Shown here: positions 16,456-25,856 of the stretch, one piece after another
Numbering within the stretch: the stretch's first letter is position 1
Layout of the letters: every line of letters begins with the position of its first letter
From: a virus
Lineage: Duplodnaviria; Caudoviricetes
IMG/VR virus record: IMGVR_UViG_3300005662_000010
Coordinates: 1-27,891 of that record
DNA: 27,891 nt
Direction: 5' to 3' (one strand)
Position numbers and translations under genes: made by a program
The notes under the pieces: generated by a model
What the model saw: only the letters and a program-made list of their open reading frames with translations
Told to the model about the DNA's origin: nothing
Databases searched by the model: none

Positions 16456-19388
16456 TGGTACAGATTTACGCACACGGACAATCAGGGTCAGGCGGAGTCG
16501 AGTTGGACTTGGTGGGAGCATCGGTGGAGATGAACTTCCAAATCCAAGACATCTCCGACCTCACGGCCGTCCACGCTCCGCACTCGAACTCCTTTCAACT
16601 GCCCTTTTCCAGGACGAACAACCAGTTCTTTGGGCACTACTACGAGGCCAACATCGCCACGGGAACCTTCAGCGCATACGCGGAAACGACGGCCGAGGTA
16701 TTAAATGACGGCCGAATCATTTTCCAAGGCATCTTGCAACTCCTCGAGGTAGATGTTCAGGAGCAGATGTATCGGTGCGTGGTTATGTCCTCCACGGCCT
16801 CTTTGTTTGAGAAGGTGCGCGGAAAAAACTGGGCCGACTTTTTCCGGGGCGACGACATCAACCCCTACGATGATTTAGACCACGCTTTGACGGCGACCAA
16901 CATCATCAACTCTTGGACGCTGACAAATGACATCACGTTTGGAGCGGTAGGGGCTGGGGTCATCGTTTACCCCATGACGGACAATGCCTTACACGTTTAC
17001 AACGAAGATGAGGAAAGTCAGTGGTGGGGCCATCCGGATACAGGTCCGGGGGTAGGGGCAGCCTCTTCCGTCTTTTCTGACGGCACTCGGCAGATGCGTC
17101 CGTTTCAGTTCCGCCCTGCCATTCAACTCAAGTGGCTGTTGCTGGAAGTGGTGAAGCGGTCGGGTTTTGTTTTGCAGAGCAACTTTATCGACTCTGCGGA
17201 CTTTGCCAAGATTTACATGTTCCTCGGCACGCAGACGGAGCGCGTGGTCGGTCGTAATACCTACTCCGGCAAGGTGGGATTGACTGCAAACCAAACCATC
17301 ACCTACCAAGAATCCCTCTTAAACACGTTCCTGCCTGCCAATGAAGCCTCGCCCAACTTTGACCCTGATAACCATTTTGCCTCGGGTGTTTTTGTGGCTC
17401 CTTTTACAGGAAGTTTCCAGTTCATTTGGGCGATGGAGGTCACGACTGCTGCGGGGGTCGGGACGTACTCATTTGTCACGGTGGCTCAAACACCACAAAC
17501 AACGCTGACGGACGAGGAAAGTTATGCCAAAGGGCAGACCTACCAGTACTTCCGATACTTTTGGGCCGCCTTGGCCGAGGGCCAAGAACTTCGGTTCTAC
17601 ACGAACGTCTACGGAGTTTCCAGCCTGACGATTAACGCAGGCGAAAACACCTACGTTCAGATGGTCAACTACCAAAGCGGTAGCGTGGGCATCGTGGACG
17701 TCATAGCCAACTTTCCCAAGATTTCCGTCGATGCCTGGCTGAAGGCGGTCATCACCAAGTTCAACCTTGTGGTGGCTCCTGCGCCAAAAGAAAGCGTCTA
17801 CATCAAGTGCGAACCATGGCCCGACTTCATCGCCACCTCAGACAAGACGAAGGACTGGACAGCCAAGTTGGATATGAACTCTCCGATGTTGATGAAGCCA
17901 ACAACGGACTTGCAGAAGAAAACGCTGATTTTCAGCGATGCCGAAGGCAACGACCACAAGAATCAAGGTTTCCAAGAACTGAATGGCGAGGTCTATGGAA
18001 CATACCGATATGAAAACACGAACGCCTTTGCCACAGAAGAGGAAACCATAGGCGGGACGTTTGTGCCTCACCAACTCAGCCTTCTGAAGTCGTCCGTTGC
18101 AAACCAGTTCATCTACTCTTACCGCTGGCACCACCTTTTCCAATATGACGGGGGAGACGACAAGCCTGCGACGGGAGGGCCGATTCTCGCTTTCTACCAC
18201 GGCCTGCGGACGGTGCCTTTTGGCCTTTGGATTGACGGAACGGAGACCTTCTCCTACCCGAACTTCACCATGTACAGCGAGGCGGTCACCGACGAGGAGA
18301 GTTGGGCGATGGCTTGGCATCCACATCCGTATCAGTTTTGGGCCATCGGCGAAGCCACCGACTACGGATGCTATCGGAAGTTTTGGGCCGCATACATCAA
18401 CGAGTTGTACTCGGAGGATTGCCGCACGCTGGAATGCACCATGTACTTGACTGCCGAAGACGTGCGCAACCTGGAATGGAGCGACGCCATTTGGATTGTA
18501 GATGGGTACTGGCGCGTGGTTTCCATCAACGGGTGGAACGTCGACGGGGATAAGCCGGCAAAGGTGACGCTGGTGAAGGTGCTGGAAAAGGGTGCCTACG
18601 ACTGCGATGTCGTCATCGACCGCTTTGAGGCAGACGGAACCATCTCCTTTGTGGATACCGAGGGCAACCCCACTGCGGGAACGGCCAAGTGCTGCGTTCG
18701 TTATGGGTACGCGTGGGACAGCGAAATCGGCGAGTGCTTTTGGCGCGTGCCGGGTGGAGGCTTTGACTACCAAGACCCTATCGGAACTCCAACGGACACG
18801 GGGCCAACCAACCCCATCCCCGGCACGGAACCTCCCTACCCTTTCGAGGGACAGGAGACGACTGTCCACACCAGCAGCAACGGCGACGTTCCCATTGCCA
18901 TCTCGGGTTTTCAGTTGACCCAATACACCACCAACGCCACGCCTACAGAGGCAACGGAGATTAAAAGCGGCAAGATTTACTTGGCGCAGGAAGGCATCTA
19001 CTCGATGCGCATCACCGTTGTGGCTACGGAGGTAGGGGGAACATCGGGAGTTATAGGCCACACCCACCATCAAGAATGGATTGGGTCGGTTCAGGTGATT
19101 CAGAACGTGGCCCGCGTAGTTGGACAACATATGGTCGCCGAGGTCAAGAGCACGGGCGGCGGAGCAAAGACAATTACGTTATCGGCCATTTCGGGCTACC
19201 CCAGCGAGTTTAGGATTCTCGTTACAGGGGGCAATAACCGCAATATTATGTGGGCTATTGATGTAACTATGTACCGCATTAGCACTATCAAACGGATGGT
19301 TCCGGATGTGACAGATGAGGGCGATGCGTTGTGGGAAAACTCGGATGAAATCCTGTTCCAGGATGGCGTATTTATGAACTGGGAATGA
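16452..19388 (+). CDS. Large tail tip/baseplate hub protein
   Basis: 978 aa; N-terminal IQDISD...SNSFQLPFS.TNNQFFGH; IWIVDGYWRV...KVTLVK. Confidence 0.65.
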   Translation: MMVQIYAHGQSGSGGVELDLVGASVEMNFQIQDISDLTAVHAPHSNSFQLPFSRTNNQFFGHYYEANIATGTFSAYAETTAEVLNDGRIIFQGILQLLEVDVQEQMYRCVVMSSTASLFEKVRGKNWADFFRGDDINPYDDLDHALTATNIINSWTLTNDITFGAVGAGVIVYPMTDNALHVYNEDEESQWWGHPDTGPGVGAASSVFSDGTRQMRPFQFRPAIQLKWLLLEVVKRSGFVLQSNFIDSADFAKIYMFLGTQTERVVGRNTYSGKVGLTANQTITYQESLLNTFLPANEASPNFDPDNHFASGVFVAPFTGSFQFIWAMEVTTAAGVGTYSFVTVAQTPQTTLTDEESYAKGQTYQYFRYFWAALAEGQELRFYTNVYGVSSLTINAGENTYVQMVNYQSGSVGIVDVIANFPKISVDAWLKAVITKFNLVVAPAPKESVYIKCEPWPDFIATSDKTKDWTAKLDMNSPMLMKPTTDLQKKTLIFSDAEGNDHKNQGFQELNGEVYGTYRYENTNAFATEEETIGGTFVPHQLSLLKSSVANQFIYSYRWHHLFQYDGGDDKPATGGPILAFYHGLRTVPFGLWIDGTETFSYPNFTMYSEAVTDEESWAMAWHPHPYQFWAIGEATDYGCYRKFWAAYINELYSEDCRTLECTMYLTAEDVRNLEWSDAIWIVDGYWRVVSINGWNVDGDKPAKVTLVKVLEKGAYDCDVVIDRFEADGTISFVDTEGNPTAGTAKCCVRYGYAWDSEIGECFWRVPGGGFDYQDPIGTPTDTGPTNPIPGTEPPYPFEGQETTVHTSSNGDVPIAISGFQLTQYTTNATPTEATEIKSGKIYLAQEGIYSMRITVVATEVGGTSGVIGHTHHQEWIGSVQVIQNVARVVGQHMVAEVKSTGGGAKTITLSAISGYPSEFRILVTGGNNRNIMWAIDVTMYRISTIKRMVPDVTDEGDALWENSDEILFQDGVFMNWE

Positions 19389-19561
19389 AGCAGTGGTTGA
19401 ACATCGTGGGGTGCCGCATCCCCGCAATTATCGAACAAGGCCAAGCGCGGACGGTCTACGGGCATCCTATCCTTAACCGGTTTTATGGGTTGTACTCGAT
19501 GGACAAGCCTCTGCGCGAGCGCAAGAACATGATTAAGCACAATGCAACAAGCAGATATTAA
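19385..19561 (+). CDS. Hypothetical protein (58 aa, MKQWLNIVGCRIP...)
   Basis: ATGA overlap with the hub stop; fills the gap before the tape measure. Confidence 0.55.
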   Translation: MKQWLNIVGCRIPAIIEQGQARTVYGHPILNRFYGLYSMDKPLRERKNMIKHNATSRY

Positions 19562-21611
19562 AATCAACGGGGACTCCTCGGAGGCAGTTGCCGCCATCGA
19601 AGAGGTAGGAAACGCGGCGGAGGCGACACAAGCCAAGTTAGAAAACACCGGACGCAAAGGTTCGGAGGCAGGAGCAAAAGCCACGGGCGGATGGAAAGAC
19701 GGCCTCAACTTGTTTAAGGACTTGCTGCCTCGCAACCTGCAAATGCTTCAGCGGAGGTTTGAATCCACCTCGCGCCAGGTAGGACGGATGGGTGGCTCCT
19801 TCAAAATCCTCGGGGCGGCAATTAAGGCCGTTCCCATCTTCCTTATCGTGGAAGGCTTCCGGTGGATTATCGACAACTGGGAGAAGATTTCCGATTTCCT
19901 GACAGGAACAACGGCCGGGATGAAGGCGATGAAGGACGCGGCCAAAGCAGGGTCGGATGCCGTCAACGAGTTCACCAACACCACCCAGTTCCTCTCAAAC
20001 ATTGTCGAGAACAGCACCGCTTCGTTGACTGCGAGGAATCAAGCCCTGCGCGAGTTGCAGAAAATCATGCCCGAACTCCAAGGTCTCACTTTGGAGCAGG
20101 CGGTAAGCGAGGAGCGTTTGTCAAATGCTATCCGCGAAAACATCCGCTTGGAAGGTCTGCGTGCGGAACAGCAGGCCTTGCAACAGGCCTTGTTGGAAGC
20201 GGAGGCCCAAGCGGTAGAGCAGGCGGAGAAGCAGTGGTACGACTATTTGGGAACGTGGGGATACTTGGTTTCCAAGGCCGCAGGCCTGCAAAGCGCATCC
20301 CAAGATGTCGCAGACATCACCGAACGCCTGACGCGCGTCACTGGCGAGTTGGTTTATGTGGAGGGCAAGCAGACCGAGGCCGCTAACGCTGCCGCCCAAG
20401 CGGAAAGAGATAAAGCAGAAGCCCTACGCAAGGCGGAGGAGGCCGCACGCAAGGCAGCCCAAGACGCCAAGGCCCGTGCGGAGATGGCTCGCAAGTTAGA
20501 CCGCGAGATTACGTTGGCGAAAATCGCCGACGACCGCGACCGCGCACGTAAAGAGTTGGAGTATGCCCGTGCCGACGAATTGGAGAAGGCAAAAGCCATC
20601 GGAGCGGGCCAGGAACTCATCGACGATATCTACACCAAGTACCGCTTGGAGTTGAAGGCGATGGAGAAGGGCTGGGCGGATGAAGACAAGGCGATGCGCG
20701 AGCAAGAGGCGGCGGCAAGAGATGCTTTTTGGGAGGAGCAGTTAAACCGTCAGCAGGAGTTCAACTTGTCGGAGCGCGAACTGGCCGAGAAGCGTCTGGG
20801 CGATGAACTGACGGAGCAGATGGCTCAGTTGGACAAGTTGAAGATGACGGCCGAGGAGAAGGCGAACGCTCTGAAGGCGATAGAAGACCAGTACCTGCTG
20901 GAGTTGACCGAACTGCGGGAGAAATACCGCAAGGAGGATGCCGATGCTGAAACGAAGGCGCGTGCCGATTACGAGGCCTTCTTCTTTACCGACAAGGAAA
21001 AGAAACTCGCCGACATCGAAACGGAGTATCAAGAGCAACTGGCCATCGCCACCAAGTACGGGCTTGAGACGGTCAAGTTGGAGGAGTGGAAGGCCAAGGC
21101 AATCGCCGCAGTCGAAAAGGAGGCCGCAGAAGAATCGCGCCAATACGCCAACGAGCGGTTCCAAGCCATCCAAGGTTTCGCTAACGAAGTCAGCAGCCTC
21201 TTTGGGCAACTGGCCGACTTAAGCGAGGAAGGAAGTAAGCGGCAGCGCAAGTTGGCCATTGCCGAGGTGCTGTTGAGTCAAGCGCAGGCGATGGCGAGCG
21301 CAGTGAAAGGAGCGGCGGAAGCAGCGGCGGCGGCGGGGCCGGGTGCACCATTTGCCCTTGCAGGTTACATCGCTTCGATGATAGGCACAGTAGTTGCTGC
21401 CTTCAGCAGTATCAAACGAATCATCGGCGCACCTCAAGGCAACGAACCCGACACGGCCTCCCGGCCGATTTCGCAAGCCCTCATTCCCAACGTGGCACCT
21501 CCGACCAACCCCCAGTTCAACATCGGCCCCGTACAAGCGTACGTGGTTGAGAGCCAAATGCAAGCGCAACTAAATATGACCGCAGGCATTGCGAGAAGGG
21601 CCAGGTTGTAA
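19542..21611 (+). CDS. Tape measure protein
   Basis: 689 aa; long A/E/K/Q-rich coiled coil with hydrophobic segments; C-terminal PVQAYVVES. Confidence 0.8.
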   Translation: MQQADIKINGDSSEAVAAIEEVGNAAEATQAKLENTGRKGSEAGAKATGGWKDGLNLFKDLLPRNLQMLQRRFESTSRQVGRMGGSFKILGAAIKAVPIFLIVEGFRWIIDNWEKISDFLTGTTAGMKAMKDAAKAGSDAVNEFTNTTQFLSNIVENSTASLTARNQALRELQKIMPELQGLTLEQAVSEERLSNAIRENIRLEGLRAEQQALQQALLEAEAQAVEQAEKQWYDYLGTWGYLVSKAAGLQSASQDVADITERLTRVTGELVYVEGKQTEAANAAAQAERDKAEALRKAEEAARKAAQDAKARAEMARKLDREITLAKIADDRDRARKELEYARADELEKAKAIGAGQELIDDIYTKYRLELKAMEKGWADEDKAMREQEAAARDAFWEEQLNRQQEFNLSERELAEKRLGDELTEQMAQLDKLKMTAEEKANALKAIEDQYLLELTELREKYRKEDADAETKARADYEAFFFTDKEKKLADIETEYQEQLAIATKYGLETVKLEEWKAKAIAAVEKEAAEESRQYANERFQAIQGFANEVSSLFGQLADLSEEGSKRQRKLAIAEVLLSQAQAMASAVKGAAEAAAAAGPGAPFALAGYIASMIGTVVAAFSSIKRIIGAPQGNEPDTASRPISQALIPNVAPPTNPQFNIGPVQAYVVESQMQAQLNMTAGIARRARL

Positions 21612-21621
21612 CATACATTTG
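21588..21621 (+). promoter_or_regulatory. Bacteroidetes-type promoter upstream of the head/accessory cluster
   Basis: TACATTTG (-7) at 21614-21621; ATTG 22 nt upstream. Confidence 0.55.
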
Positions 21622-21641
21622 AACCGTTAAGTATTGAAGAC

Positions 21642-21830
21642 ATGGAACCACGAGAAATTGCAGGGTTGCTGAAGCAGATTCGCACCCAAGGAATTTGGGA
21701 TTACCTGCAAGAATCCCCCGATTCATCTGACCAACGTCTGTGGGATAAGTACGAGGCCGCTTTGACTGCCTTGGAAGACCTCACCGAGGAGTTGTACGAA
21801 TCCCGTTATTTGGCCGAGGGCGATTTCTAA
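21642..21830 (+). CDS. Small acidic hypothetical protein
   Basis: 62 aa; about 15 D/E versus 6 K/R. Confidence 0.7.
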   Translation: MEPREIAGLLKQIRTQGIWDYLQESPDSSDQRLWDKYEAALTALEDLTEELYESRYLAEGDF

Positions 21831-21843
21831 TCCGCAAGAAAGA

Positions 21844-22098
21844 ATGCAGTACTACACAGACAAAGAGATGGCCGACATGGCTCGGCGCATTGAGGAAAAA
21901 TACGGGTGGATTGTAGAATATAAGTTTGATTACGAGGAGCAGAATGGCATGAACACTCTGTATCACTATAACGTTTATGTAAGTGGAGACGACTATGTTG
22001 ACCATTCTGTAGATGCGTTTGAGAGGATGGGTGCTTATTACGTGTACGTTGATTACATAGAGACCGGTGTGGCACACTTGCAGGTCACGCTAACTTGA
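21844..22098 (+). CDS. Small acidic Tyr-rich hypothetical protein
   Basis: 84 aa; about 16 D/E and 13 Y; visibly AT-richer DNA. Confidence 0.7.
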   Translation: MQYYTDKEMADMARRIEEKYGWIVEYKFDYEEQNGMNTLYHYNVYVSGDDYVDHSVDAFERMGAYYVYVDYIETGVAHLQVTLT

Positions 22099-23012
22099 CG
22101 AAAAATCAGGTGGCAGAGCGCAAACTCATAGAACTGCTCATTGACCCCGAGGAACAAGCCATCGGGGTCGAAGCCATCTCGCTTGTAAAATACCCGGCCA
22201 TCGAGCGCAACTTCATCTACTTTTCCAAGCAGGGCAAGAGCCAACTCACGCAGTTGGCAGCCATCGACGAAGAGAAGCAGACGCTCATCGGCCCCGCCCT
22301 CATCCCCGACAAGCACATCCCTCGCTTGGATGAAGGCTCCGACGAAGAGTACGACGTCTTCTTCAGCAAGGAGACCGTGCGCCAATGCGCCGAACTTTTC
22401 CTGAAAGAGAACCGCGCCAACAACCACACCTTCGAGCATCAGATTCCCGTAGACGGAGTTTCGGTGGTGGAATCCTGGCTTGTAGTCAATCCCGAACTCG
22501 ACAAGGCAAAACACTATGGACTCTCCGTTCCTGAAGGGACGTGGATGGTTCGCGTGCACTGCGCCAACGAGGAGATGTGGGGCAAGGTGAAATCAGGGGA
22601 GTTGCGAGGCTTCAGCATCGAGGGATACTTCGCAGACAAAATCCTCAAGGCGCAACGCGAAAGCCTGATGTCCAAGTTGATGAAGGTCATGCGGCAGCGG
22701 AAACTCTACGCCGAGGCTAAGTTGTCCGACGGCAAAGTCATCGGAACGGAAGCGGAGAAGTTGGAACCCGGAGTTTCGGTCTTCACCCTCGACAGCAAGG
22801 GCATGCCCGTTCCCCTTGCCAACGGAAACTACACCACCGAGGCCGGGGTTCCCATCGAGGTCTTTGATGGCGTGTTGGTGGACTACGACGGAAAGGTGTC
22901 CGAGGTCATCGAAGCGGAACCCGAGGAGAAGATGGCCGCACCCGTAGACAAGGTAAATCTTTGGAAACGCTACTTCGAGAAGCGTTACCAACAACTTTCC
23001 CAAAACAAGTAA
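22095..23012 (+). CDS. Prohead serine protease (XkdF/Peptidase_S78_2-like) with a C-terminal scaffold-type domain
   Basis: AISLVKYPAIE, IGPALIPD, TFEH, VESW, GTWMV, GFSIEG motifs; start TTG 22095 or GTG 22110. Confidence 0.85.
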   Translation: MTKNQVAERKLIELLIDPEEQAIGVEAISLVKYPAIERNFIYFSKQGKSQLTQLAAIDEEKQTLIGPALIPDKHIPRLDEGSDEEYDVFFSKETVRQCAELFLKENRANNHTFEHQIPVDGVSVVESWLVVNPELDKAKHYGLSVPEGTWMVRVHCANEEMWGKVKSGELRGFSIEGYFADKILKAQRESLMSKLMKVMRQRKLYAEAKLSDGKVIGTEAEKLEPGVSVFTLDSKGMPVPLANGNYTTEAGVPIEVFDGVLVDYDGKVSEVIEAEPEEKMAAPVDKVNLWKRYFEKRYQQLSQNK

Positions 23013-23016
23013 GACG

Positions 23017-23280
23017 ATGGGATTTTGGGATAAAGTATACCGCACGTGGACGAACAGCCCGCTTGAGGAATTGCAGATGATGTTGGACGAGTTTGCCCTC
23101 GACTACTACTTTGACGACTACGTTCAGAATCAACTGCCCAACCTGCAACAAGCCATCGAAAGGCGCGACTGGTTTGCAGTCGAAACCCAAGCCAACGGCC
23201 TCTTCGGATTCATCCGCGAGTACGATTTGGACTTGTTTTTGCGGGTGTTAGAAGAAGTGAAGTACCTAAATGAATTCTGA
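23017..23280 (+). CDS. Small acidic hypothetical protein
   Basis: 87 aa; about 17 D/E versus 7 K/R. Confidence 0.7.
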   Translation: MGFWDKVYRTWTNSPLEELQMMLDEFALDYYFDDYVQNQLPNLQQAIERRDWFAVETQANGLFGFIREYDLDLFLRVLEEVKYLNEF

Positions 23281-23737
23281 AATGAAACGTAGAAATTTTG
23301 CCATCTACTTTAACTCCTACGACGAGTTGTTGGATGCGATGGTAGAGGCATCAACAATCCTGTCCAACATCCGGTTCACTTTAGCGGACTTGGCTCAGGA
23401 AAACAAAAACCTCGGCCCTCTGATTTACAAGGATATAGACAAGGCAAAGGAGTTCGTGGACTCGGCAACTGACTCCTTTGAAAGTTTTGTCGATTTTGAA
23501 CGCAGCGACTTCAGTCGCCAATTCGCTTCCGAAGCCGGGGTGGTTGGATTGCTGATTGACCAACTGGCTAACTCGATGGAGTTCTTCGACGAGGAAGGAT
23601 GGGTTGAGTTCCTTGGCCCCGACTTGGACGAGGACTCCGCACGGGAAATCTACAAGAACTACTGGCTCATCAGCCCCAACGACCGACTGAAGTGGAACGA
23701 CTCTCAGTGGGGAACCTGGCTGGAGCGTTATATCTGA
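23270..23737 (+). CDS. Acidic hypothetical protein with an RRNF leader (possibly two domains)
   Basis: MKRRNFA at 23282; internal SRQFA; about 31 D/E. Confidence 0.7.
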   Translation: MNSEMKRRNFAIYFNSYDELLDAMVEASTILSNIRFTLADLAQENKNLGPLIYKDIDKAKEFVDSATDSFESFVDFERSDFSRQFASEAGVVGLLIDQLANSMEFFDEEGWVEFLGPDLDEDSAREIYKNYWLISPNDRLKWNDSQWGTWLERYI

Positions 23738-23741
23738 GACC

Positions 23742-24002
23742 ATGAACCACCACCGTTTTGCCACCCTGCCGCCTTGGGTGTGGATGATTGAGAACGAACT
23801 CGGCAAAATGACCGACGGAGAAGTGATTGTCACGGAGGTTGAAAATCAAGGCATTGTGACCGCTCTCCACCTGAAGGCATTTGTGCCCATCGAATGGTAC
23901 GAGGTGCAAGACGTTCTGATGGAGGCTTTTTACGTGATTGTTGACGACTTTGATGTTGTCAGTCCCAGTGAGGCGATTTTCTACATTCGCGAAGAATATT
24001 GA
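23742..24002 (+). CDS. Small acidic hypothetical protein
   Basis: 86 aa; MNHHRFA leader; about 16 D/E versus 4 K/R. Confidence 0.7.
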   Translation: MNHHRFATLPPWVWMIENELGKMTDGEVIVTEVENQGIVTALHLKAFVPIEWYEVQDVLMEAFYVIVDDFDVVSPSEAIFYIREEY

Positions 24003-24035
24003 GACCCAAATAAATATGGCAGGCACCTTTTAGTC

Positions 24036-24239
24036 ATGGTTCCAATAATTTACTTACGAGCGGATGCCCCTGCCCGCATTGTCAAAGAAGTGTTGGCGGG
24101 AATCATTCTGTACGATTTGTGGGACACCCAAATGCCCATGTATCCTTACCAAACAAACATTGAAGTGTCCGAGTTGCACGTCGATGAGGTAATAGAGGCA
24201 TTGGAGGATAGCGGTATTCGTTGGATATATGATGAATGA
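24036..24239 (+). CDS. Small acidic hypothetical protein
   Basis: 67 aa; about 13 D/E versus 4 K/R. Confidence 0.6.
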   Translation: MVPIIYLRADAPARIVKEVLAGIILYDLWDTQMPMYPYQTNIEVSELHVDEVIEALEDSGIRWIYDE

Positions 24240-24264
24240 CGACTTTCAAAAAACCTGAAATAAT

Positions 24265-24846
24265 ATGGCACGCACACTTTTTAAGCGGCACCGCCGCAAC
24301 TTCGAGGAGGTAGCCTCCGAGGAGACCGCTGAAACCAGCGAGACCACCACTGAGGAATCGGCCCCGGATTCCCAGTCACAATTTGTTCAACTCCTGACGG
24401 ATATGGGGCTATCCGCCGAACAAGCCGAAGCAGTGTTTCAAATGGCACAAGATTTAGTCAACGCAGGGGGCGGCGAACAGCCCCAAAAGACCGAAGCATC
24501 ACGCCTCCGTCGGGAGCGTGAATTCCAACGCGCACGTCGGGAACGTCAACTTTCGCGGGAGCGTCGTTTCCGCAGCGAAGAGCGTATGCCGATGCGTGAA
24601 TCGCGTCGCGAATTGTCCCGCGAAGGACGTCGTGGTTCAGAAGGTCGTACCGATTTGTCCGCCAATGTGATTCGTCGCCAGCGGGCTACGATTGTCGAAT
24701 TGCGTAAGCAACTCGCACAGATGGGCGCAGCACCCGCCGCCCAGAAACTTTCACGTGCCCCACAAGGCCGGAATGCACAAGTTGCAATTCCGCAGGAGGG
24801 GGACGCAAAGAGCCGGGTATTTGCAGCACTCAAAAATTGGTTGTAA
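24265..24846 (+). CDS. Probable capsid scaffold protein with an Arg-rich segment
   Basis: Directly before the MCP; low complexity and coiled coil; C-terminal SRVFAALK helix. Confidence 0.6.
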   Translation: MARTLFKRHRRNFEEVASEETAETSETTTEESAPDSQSQFVQLLTDMGLSAEQAEAVFQMAQDLVNAGGGEQPQKTEASRLRREREFQRARRERQLSRERRFRSEERMPMRESRRELSREGRRGSEGRTDLSANVIRRQRATIVELRKQLAQMGAAPAAQKLSRAPQGRNAQVAIPQEGDAKSRVFAALKNWL

Positions 24847-24847
24847 G

Positions 24848-25849
24848 ATGAGTTTTGGAATTAACACCCGTCGTCGGAATTTCGACATCACCGTAGGCGC
24901 AAACACCTACGCAGGGGAACTGAAGTACCCCATTTTGGCAGCAGCAACGAAATCAAACGATACCGTCGCCAAAGGATTCGTGACCGTTTTGGAAGGCATC
25001 CACCACAAGGCCGTACTTCCTACGCTTGCAGTAACTGACCCGTTGGCTGTGGCAGCGTGTGCTTTCACGAGCGGAAACGATACTACCATCGGCGAAAAAG
25101 TTTTGACGCTCAAAGACCTTATGGTGAATGAGGAAATTTGCCGTAAGACCGTGTACCCAACTTGGCATGGTACGGCAACTGCTCGGGCTACCACGAATGT
25201 GATGACCCCGGAGTTTGTCAACTTTACGTTGGCCGAGGTTGCAGCGAAGACCGCTGAAAGCATCGAGAATCAATTGTGGCAAGGTTCAAGCGTCTTTGGC
25301 GTAGGATTCCTTTCCAACGATGGTACTTTCGACGAGGCAGGATTTGATGCATCCGGGTTGGCAGGAGGCACGGAGGTGGACATTGCGACTATCACCAATG
25401 CAAACGCCATCACCCAGTTCAACTTGGTGTACACGAAGGCCGCAACCGATAAGCCGGGTATCTTGTCCAAGCCAGGTTTGGCGTTCTACGTGAACAAGAA
25501 GACCTACGCTCTGTACTGCCAGCAACTTGCAGGTTTGGGCGCAGGGGTGACAGCCAACAACCTTGGTATCAACAACCTTGCAACCGCGCAGAACTTCGAC
25601 GGCATCGGCTTTATGGGTGTTCCCATCAACGTATGCCCAGGTATGTTCGACGATGCGATTGTGTTGACCTACAAGGAAAACCTCGTGTATGGCTCGAACG
25701 TGGGTACCGACCAAACCGACATCCAGTGGATTCCGACCTATCAGTACGATGGTTCGGACAACATCCGTATCGTGATGCGGTTTGCGTTGGGCGTACAATC
25801 GCGTATCCCAGCCGATGCCATTGTTGGTGCAACTTGGGTAACTGCGTAA
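24848..25849 (+). CDS. Major capsid protein
   Basis: 333 aa from ATG 24848; TYAGE, ACAFT, NEEICRK, IENQLWQG, DGSDNIRIVMRF motifs of Bacteroidetes phage MCPs. Confidence 0.88.
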   Translation: MSFGINTRRRNFDITVGANTYAGELKYPILAAATKSNDTVAKGFVTVLEGIHHKAVLPTLAVTDPLAVAACAFTSGNDTTIGEKVLTLKDLMVNEEICRKTVYPTWHGTATARATTNVMTPEFVNFTLAEVAAKTAESIENQLWQGSSVFGVGFLSNDGTFDEAGFDASGLAGGTEVDIATITNANAITQFNLVYTKAATDKPGILSKPGLAFYVNKKTYALYCQQLAGLGAGVTANNLGINNLATAQNFDGIGFMGVPINVCPGMFDDAIVLTYKENLVYGSNVGTDQTDIQWIPTYQYDGSDNIRIVMRFALGVQSRIPADAIVGATWVTA

Positions 25850-25856
25850 TTGAACG

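Noticed and set aside
17838-19130. 430-aa minus-strand ORF (also 10731-11702, 9770-10603, 26860-27702)
   Set aside because: Antisense shadows of well-supported + strand genes, explained by codon bias; no motifs or expression signals seen.
24692-24847. Longer MCP start given in the ORF track
   Set aside because: It overlaps the scaffold gene; ATG 24848, directly after the scaffold stop, is more plausible.
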